From: an uncultured bacterium
Lineage (GTDB): Bacteria; Auribacterota; JACPWU01
DNA length: 32,000 bases
Reading direction: 5' to 3'
Assembly: GCA_964640155.1 (NCBI GenBank)
Contig: CAZXEQ010000007.1
Span: 30,001 to 62,000 of the forward strand
A program made the position numbers and the translations under genes. Below the pieces are notes generated by a model, which was given only the letters and a program-made list of their open reading frames with translations, did no database searches and was not told where the DNA came from. Positions 21,901-30,900 of the stretch are shown here, piece by piece. The number at the start of each line of letters is the position of its first letter. Position 1 is the first letter of the stretch.

Positions 21901-24900
21901 GCAAATGGTCCTCATTCAGAGTTGTTGTCTACGCTTACTCATATTATGGAAGCGAGCCGAATGACAGAGCGTAGTGACGAGCGTGGCATGCGAAAAGCAA
22001 ATGAAGCTTTATCTAAGCTTGTTGAGAGAGTTGACTCTGAATTGATTGGAGATGCTCAGAAAATTAATGATGAACGTGTAGGTGGAGCTGAAGAAAGAAA
22101 AACTAATCTTACAGAAGCTCAAGAGTTTGCAAATAGAGAAGCCGAACATATTTTAAATGTTCAAGAGGCAGCTAGGGCTGCTGCTGTTTTAGGAATGGAA
22201 TCTTCATATGCCATGTCTACGCATGAGAGAAATGCTCGAGAAATAGGAGAAGGCCGGTCTATCGTAGATCGTGCTTTATTGAATGAAAAAACAGGGGCTC
22301 GTTATGATCGCTTTGTGGCTGCTTCGAAAGAAGCTGTTCAAAGAAGTCGCGTATTTGATAAGGCGACAGGATCTCTTGCCTCAATTCCTTTTGCTCAAGT
22401 ATTAAGGGTTCATTTAGCAAATCCAGAAGGAGCACAAAGAAATATTGCTGCTGCTCGATTGCTTCAGAATCACGTACAAGGTTTAGTTGCAAAAGAGGGT
22501 GGAGCAGTACGTGTGGTAGTAGGTTTTGTCGCGGATGCTTTATCAAGATCTGGACGAGAAGGTGCTTTAGGCTCGGGAATGGGATTCCGTGATGGAACAA
22601 TTGGCATTGAAGGTCAAGAAATGATGGGTGGACAAAGGGGTGAATTAAGAACGGAGCTTCAAAAAACTTTGGCTGCTGTTTCTGAAGTCATGCGTCTTCT
22701 TGAATCTAACGGCGGCACCGTAACAGTGGGTGAATATCGACGTCTAATTGAAAAAGCTACTCCATCACAAAGAGACTTGATCAATGCCATGGTCGATGTG
22801 AGGTTAAGTGGAATTGAAAATGTTGAACAGGTTTTGGGTGAAGCTTCTGCTCGTTTGGGTGATCGATTAAGCGACAATCAAGACATGAATTATCTTTTGA
22901 ATGTTTCAGCCATTATAGGATTGAAAGAAACTGCTTCGCTTGCAGAAGTTGTTGAGACAGCCAGTAAAATTAAAGATTCAGAAGTGGTAGGAAGACTTCT
23001 TGGATTTGGAGATAATGCAAAAGCGGCTATGGAGGTTTTAAAATCCCTAACGGGTATTCGAAACAAAGCATTGGCTGAAGAGGTCGGAAGAACCAGCTTG
23101 GCCGATGTGAGAAGAGCGATTGGCTCAGGAGAATTAAGGTCCCTGATCCAGAATGCTTATCTTCGTTTGAGTGAAAGTTTGAAGGGAAATGAAAAGGCTT
23201 GGCAAGAAGCTTATCGTGAATCTACAGATATTGCGAGCTTGAATGAAAACAGCAAAATTTCTGAAATTGTAGCATTGGGTGAAAATGTTTTAGGTGAAGA
23301 TTTAGCTTATCGTTTGGCTGCAGAAAATGTCTTGTTTGTTATTGAGGGTGGAAGGGGTTTTAATCTATCTGCTACACGTGCTTTAGCTAAGGAGCTCGCT
23401 TCTCTTGTTGAAGGGGGTAGTTTGAACCGATTGTTGACCTTATCTGAGGTAACTGAATTGGCCGCAGTTCGTTCTGAGAATAAACAAAATGGCCATGAAG
23501 CGATGGTTGTTCGCATGGGTGAAATGTTAAGAGAAAGAACAACTGAGGCTCGAGCCATTTCAGAACAAACAGGGAAAGTGGTAGAGGCTCTTGTGCAATT
23601 GTCCAGAGAGCTTTCAAAACCTGGCGTGAGCGCAACCCAGCTTCATGTTGCAACGTTTATGCGCGTGGCCGCAGCTGCCGGACTCTCTTTAAGTTCTGTG
23701 ATTCTTTTAAGCAGCTCTAAAATCAGTGGAGCCGTGGCAAAATTGATTGAAAAAATGTTGAAAGGAACTTCGATCGAGCTTCTTACAGAAGGCGCGAGAT
23801 ACAAGATAGGAGAAACGACCTTAGAAACTTCAAGAGAAATTAGCTTGCAGGATATGGCTGATTTAATCGATCAATTTGCAGAGATGCCTTCTTCTTTAAG
23901 CCAAACTCAGCAAGATCGTTTGAATGTAATCAGTGAGACTTTGGGTAAAGAGCGAATGGAAAGAGACTCCAATGTTCAAGCAAGAGAACAGATGGAAGCA
24001 GATCTTCGTACTCTCGAACATAGACAAGAAAAGGGAAGTGCTGTAGAGGATACAAGAAGACAGATTCAGGAGTTGAATCAAAAGATTACGCAAGCCGATG
24101 GCAGAATTACAACTTTAGAAACAGAAAGCAGTGCCATCGTAACAAATGCTCAAGTCGATGCTTCTCTGAATGGCTTCTCTCGTCAAGTAAATGAGATCAG
24201 TGAATCTGTAGCGAGAGAAAGTGCGACCCGGGACATGAATGTTTTAGAAAGACAACAGTTGGAAGCGGAAGTTGGGGTTGCAGGAGGTAATAGAACTGAA
24301 GCTTTGGCCAAGATTCAGGAACTAAATCAAAAAATTACAGAAGCAGATAACAGAATTTCACATCTGGAAGCAAAAAGTCTTCAACTGAGTCGTTTCAGAG
24401 AACTGGGGTTAGAAGTGATTCGGGATATGTATCGAAGAATTGCTTCTGAATCAGCAACACTTTCAACCCTTGCGACGACACGTCAATATCGACAAGCTCT
24501 TGAGAGAATGCTGAGTGAAAGAGCTCCTCCGACGCAAGAACAAAAATTCGCGATTGCACTTGCCTTGCGTGAATCCCTTTTTGGAGGAAGGGATTCTATT
24601 GGCGCTCATGAAGCACAAGCCTACTTTGAAGTTGCTATGGAATTTTTATCTCCAGATGGCAAAGGCGGATTAAAACCTGCACAAAAAAGATTGTTTACAG
24701 AACTTCTTCTTGGGAATATTCCTGTGGTGGGCACCGGAGGTGGAAAAACCTTAGGTCTTGCGGCTTGGGCTGTGGCGCGTGCCTTAATGGATCCTACCGG
24801 TAGCCGCATGATCATCGTAGACACCGCTGCAGCATCAGGAAAGTATGCAAGTTCTGAGACAGAAGGGACCATAGGCGCTTCTTATGCAGAAGTCTTTAAA

Positions 24901-27900
24901 TTAGGAGGTCTTGAGGCTGTAGATGGAGATGCATTGGTCAAAGAGAATAATATTGAAAGATTGGTTGAAAAGTTGGAGTCTAGCAAGGCCACTGTCATTC
25001 TTAGTTTAGATGCATTAGGTCATTTGGGAAATCGCTTTGCAGGTGAATTGGGTGGACGTCTGAAAAGAGCTTTAGAGAGACAAGAAGCTGCTGTTGATGA
25101 AATTCAAAACTTGGCTACTCCCAATAGCTATATTATCTCAGGCTCAGGAAAACGTGTTACTTCAGCCCAAATCGAACGAATCACAAATTTAAGAAATCTT
25201 TTATTAGGTGAAGGTTGGATGACGGGAGTTGCTCGAGAAGGTACGCGTCTTCAACCTTTAGACATGGCACAATTTGAAAACGTGAGAGAAAATGCTGAGG
25301 TGAAAGCCTATGCAATTAATGAAAATACGGGTGAAGTCTTTATTAATAAAGGAGCGCTTGAAGCGCTGAAAGGTTTTACTACTTCTGAGATTAGCTCTGT
25401 GCTTAATGCAGAATTGGCGGACGGGCTTCATGATACTGTTGAAATTGATAATAATGGGACCATTCGTCCTAGAAGCGGTGGAAAAATGACCGATCAGACT
25501 TTGAGTGATTTTAATCGTGTCATTGCTTTGGGTTTGAAACTCAATGAATCACGAGCTGCAATGGGAGAAGAGGGAGCTAGAAATATTCCTGAAGTAAGGA
25601 TTGAAGAAATACAGATTAATCAAACGACTTCTCAAACTTCGATGGTAGAAATGATAGGCCTCTTTAGAAGCGTGGTGGGAACTACAGCAACACTTGGCCC
25701 TGAAGTGGAAGCCATTGTACAGGCTTATATGCGAGGAAAAATTGTTGATATATCTCCATCCGAATTTGCTCCTCGAGATTTCGTAAATATTTTACCCTCG
25801 GGTCAAACATTGGAAAGTATGGCCAGAAAGGCTGTGGGGGATTATTTTGAAACGGGTCGGGCTGTTTTAACAGGAGTTGTAGGGGCCGAGCAGACTCGAT
25901 TTGTGGAGCATGTTCGTGAGGCCTTTAGAGAAAGGATTAATGCAGAGGCTGTTTCCGAAGGTTTGACAGGAGAATCTCTTGCTCGCAGGGTGAGCGAAAG
26001 AATGGCAGCACTTGAAGGAACTGGGGGCACACTCAGAGTTATTGATGGAAGAACGGAGTCTAAAACGATTAATGACATCGCTAGAGATATTGGACCTAAA
26101 CGTCTCTTTGTTATAACCAATGAGCAAGGTTTTGTGGGGGTCGACTATAAAGGATTTAATGAAAAAGGGGGAGATCGCGGTATTAATCTTTACGCATGGG
26201 GTTCGGAAAGCTTAGGTGTTAATTTACTCCTTCAGTTGAAAGGAAGAAGCGGTCGAAACGATACCTCCACTGAGCGTTTTTGGTATGTAGATGATGCGGC
26301 CTTGGCCAGAAATTTAGGTGATGCCCGAAGTTATGCCCAAGATCTAATCGACAGTTGGAAGGGTTCTGCGTTTGAAAGACAAGCATTAGAGAAATTTAGA
26401 GATGGTCGAGAGATGGATCAAACAGAGCAATTGGTTGTTTCAAATATTTGGCAATCGGCTCTTGGCAAATCTCGCGCTTTGAAATTTATTGCAAGTGAAG
26501 TCAGTCGTTCTCGATTTACGAATGAACCTTTGAAAAATTTGAGAGATCGATTTACAGAAGGTTCTAAAGAATACAATATTATCAACAAACTTTATGAAGA
26601 GGTTCTCAATCCTGCTTCCGAACTTTCAGAATCTGCAGCCATTCATTTGGGAGATCGCTTCCGTTCAGGTCGAGAAATATTGGAAGACACAGTGTCAGGT
26701 GCACGAAATGATGCCATACGCGTTTTTGAAGTTTTGAGAGCGACGGAAGGACTTTCACCAGAAAGTTTGAGAACGATTGATGCCCATTTAGAAGCGCTTA
26801 AAGGTTTGGATAACTTGAGTGAGATTAGATCAGCAACGCGGCAGTCTTGGAGTGGTGCTCGAGATAATTTAAGAGACTATGTGGCAGCGACTTTAAGCCT
26901 TGCTGAAGGTGTATTGGCTTTTAGAGGTTTGACATCGCCTGAGAAGATGAGTGAAAGAGGTCAGAAAGTGGCTGCGGCTGAAACACGAGTTAGGGACGTT
27001 TTCACTGAAACTTCATCAGGTGGTAAGGTTCAAGCGACAGATGCAGAACTTCGAAGAGCAGGGGTCGAATTTGTGGATGGTGGGGCACGCGGTAGTGCGA
27101 CCTATTCAAAAGTTTATGCAACTCAGCAAGCCTATCAAGTAGCTCAAAATGATGAGCGAGATCAACAAACACGAGCTCTTCGAGATGTTCTTGCTCAAAT
27201 TCGAAGTGAGGCCGCAACACCTGCATGGCCTAAAGATGCAGCAGCTCGTACGGCAAGATTAACGGCCATTGCTACAGAACGTTCACAAAAAGCTGGAGCT
27301 ACGGATGTTAATGCTGCGGCGAGTGCTTTGGTTACGCAAGTTCAGTCTTATTTAAATACAGACAGTTCTGCATTGAGTGAAACGGGTCTTTCAGCAATTG
27401 CAAGTGTAACTCTTTCTCAGGTGATGGAGTCTGGGATTCAAAGTGGTGGACAAACGATTACCTGGTCTCAGGCAACAGATGCTCAAAGACAAATGGCGAT
27501 TGAGGGTGTAGCGAAGCAATGTAATGTGAAAGTTGATCAAGTGAGCAGTCTTCTCACTCAAGATCGATCCGAATTAAGAACTTCGCAAACCAGAAGAGTA
27601 GCTCAAGCTGCAGAAACATTCGCTCAATTTATGGAATCAGAAGATATTGAAGCGAGTTCTGAAAAAGATGTTTTAAGTAAGGCTATCGAGGTAGGTCGGC
27701 AAAACGGTCTTTCTATTGCTGAAGTTTTTACACTCCTTAATCCTACGCTTTCAGCAGAAGAAAGAGAATCTGCTTTGCGTAATCTTATCACAAGCCAAGC
27801 TTTGGAAGTTGCATCGATGAAAAACACTACCCCTGAAGAGCGTCAAGCCCTGTCTGAACGTTTGAATAGTTTAAATGCTCTTGTTGCTTATATCAAAGGT

Positions 27901-30900
27901 GGGAAGCAAGTAAATTCTCAGGAGGCGACAAATGTTTTATTCCAGAGCCTTTTGGATGGAGTCGCTTCTCAAAAACTTTCGTTAAAAGAACGTTATCAAG
28001 CCGCACGGGCTGTTTTGAAACTTTATCCTGTAGCAAAATCCATGGGCATGTCTGTTGATGCACGATTAGCTGTTTCAATGATTCAAGAAGCTATGACTTT
28101 TGCTCAGAACATTTCAACAACGGCAGAAGGATTAGGTGTTTTGGCTCAAATTGAAAATAATCTTCTATGCTGTATTGCAGAAGCCGCTCAGGCTTTAGCC
28201 GGCCAGAAAGTGGTGAGTATTGAAGTGGGCACTGTTTTGAAACAAGTAAGAGATATGATGAAAGAAGGGGCTAAGCAAGTTCGTGAGAAAGAACTTCAAG
28301 CAGCTCAGCAAAGTGCGAGTGAAGGAAAATTTGCAGCAGTGGCTTCCGCTTTAAGTAGAGCTGAATATGCTCAAGCTTTGACTGAACATGTGGAAGGAGC
28401 AGCTGCAGCTACAACAACCACAGGAACATCGACTTTAGACTATACAGAGTTTCAACAGGGAGTTGCTCCAGCTCTTTTAGATGTGATGGATAAGCCCATA
28501 TCCGATGAAGTTCAAGAAGGGCGAGAAGCACAAGTTCATGCGACAGTTGCAGGGAAGATGAAGAAGGCCAGGAAGCCTAAGAAAATCACGCTCTTGGCTG
28601 CTCGTTTAGCGATTGCTACTGAGGATAGATCCAAACAAGACGCCACAAATTTCTATGCAGATCAAAAAGTTGTCAAAATTCTTGAAACAATTGCTAAGCA
28701 GCAGGTAAGTGCTGTTCAAGAAACGGGGACAACTCAAGTCAAAGGTTTAGTAGATAAAGTTCTTTCTATCTTCAGAAGAGATGAGAAAAAACAATTTGTT
28801 ACAGAAGGTGCAGAACTGGTTCGTCGTCTTCAGGACCGCTTGAAAGAAATTAATCCTGAAACTCCTGAATATCAAGATATGGTTCGTCGCTATGCAGCCC
28901 AGATGAAATCCATGGTCATGGTGGGTGCTGCATCTGTTATTCGTGAAGCAGGGGCAGAATTAGGCGTTGTGAATGTGATTATGAAAGCGAAAGCTGATGG
29001 GAATAGTTATGATATTTTAATTCAACTTAAAGATGGTCGAGAACTTGAGTTAAACAAAGTTCTGAATGAAAATTCAGAACTATTTAAGTCTTCTGACGAG
29101 ATTCGTAAATTGAATGCGGCTTTGCGTTCAAAGATGAAAACGACTTTACCTGCCATTACTAAAGATTTGATGAAGCGTGTTCAAGACAATAAAGGAGAGA
29201 TCGATGATGAAACCATGTTTATGGCCACAGTAGCAGCCAATTTAGCCTATTACTTTGGAACAAAGGATCTAAGAACATTCCATCATACTCAGATGCTTTC
29301 TGGAAATCTTTTGGCGCGTGATTGCATCTTAGATATTGGAACAGGACAAGGGAAATCAGCAACCGCTATTATTGTGAATTATATTCGTGCTTTATCGGGT
29401 CGTACCTCCTTTCAGATTGTGACCACGGGAGATTTTGCTTTGGATAATATGAATGAAACCAAGCCAGCTTTCGATCTTTTGGGAATAGATAGTCGTGCTG
29501 TTCGTAGAAGTGAAGCGGATAAGATGAAGCATTTAGAAAATGAAGTGGAAAACCTTCGTTCTCAATTGGATGAATTAGCGACTTCTCATCAGAACATGAT
29601 GGGGTCGATGAATCAAACATTGGAGAGCTGGACCGCGAAATTGGCTGAGTTGCAAGGCAAGGCAGGCTTTGAAGCTCATGTAGAGAATCTGCAGAAGAAA
29701 GTCGAAAATTTGAAAGCTCTCATTCAACGTGCTTCAAGTGTGACTGAGATAGATGAAGCCTTGAGGGCCGATATTGCAAGAGATTATTTGCTTGAAAAAG
29801 AGATGAGCGATTTAGATCGAGAAGATGAAGCTTTGGGGCAAGATAATAAGACTCAAGAGGCTTTGGGTAAAGTAAGAGATTTGGCTCCTATTCTGATGAA
29901 AAGGTTTGATGCGAAGAAGAAAGAGTTAGAGATGACGCCTGGTCAAGAAGAAGCTATTGCAGAGATAGATGCACAACGTCAAGCCTTAGAGCAGCTTCTA
30001 ACTTTGAAAAAAGGCCGATTAAATGAATTGCCAGAAGAGTTAAAAAATGAAGCAGCTTTGAATGAATGGAAAGATCGGCTTAAAAAAGTTCTTAAGGATG
30101 AAGAGTTGGCTTCTCGTCTTACTTTCATTATTGAGCCTCTTCTCAAACAAATTCATCTTTCAGATCAGAGAAAAAATCTTAACCAGATTGCAGAACAATT
30201 GGGAAATAAAGATAAGTCAACTAGGGCCAGAATAGAGGCTTTTGAAGCAAGTCTAAATCAGAGAATTACTGAAAAAGAAGCGGCTATCGAAGCTCTTAGA
30301 GAATTAGAAAATAAAGGTATGGAAGCTAAGCGGCTTGCTTTTACTGCTCCTGGTGTGACCTATATTGGCATTGGAGATTTGGCTTTTGAAAAATTAGGCG
30401 ATCGCGCTCGTAAACTCAGTGAGAGATTCTTCCCTCAAGGGGGCAAGAAGCTTCATAAAGCCAATGTGGATGAAGTGGATAGTGTTCTTGAGGATCAGGC
30501 GTTGATGGATTATGTGATGGCGCAACCTTCAGGAGACTTAAGTGCTATAGAGAAAGAAATGTGGACTTTTGCTGGAAGTGTATCAGAAGAAATAAGACCT
30601 TTTGGACTCGAGAGAAAAATAGGACTTCAAAAGGAAGAGATTCAAGCACAAGAGACAGAACAAGTTGTTGGGGCAAAGCTTACTCTTTTCACCAAGGATA
30701 AAAATAACGATGTCTTAAGATTGACCAAGGCGGGCCGTCAAAGAGCCATGGACGCTTATAATGTGTTACGTCAAAAAATGATGGGACGCAAAGAACTTCC
30801 TTCTATGCCGGAGTTTATCAAGATGGTTGAAAAATCATTGAAAGCTCGTGAGCTTCGAAAGAGAGGCGAAGATTATGAAATAGATGATGCCAGCGGTAGC

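Noticed and set aside
25141-25155. SGSGKR as an extra P-loop in module 1.
   Set aside because: It aligns with the region just after the IISG strand of SecA and lacks the GxxxxGK[ST] spacing. The genuine Walker A is at 24730-24750.
24601-26295. Annotating the SecA-like regions as the housekeeping secA gene.
   Set aside because: The modules have no start or stop of their own and occur twice in the same frame. They are flanked by thousands of in-frame codons and diverge at conserved positions: GTGGGKT / GTGQGKS instead of TGEGKT, and a degenerate motif V in module 1. I did not see a SecA C-terminal zinc-binding tail after module 1.
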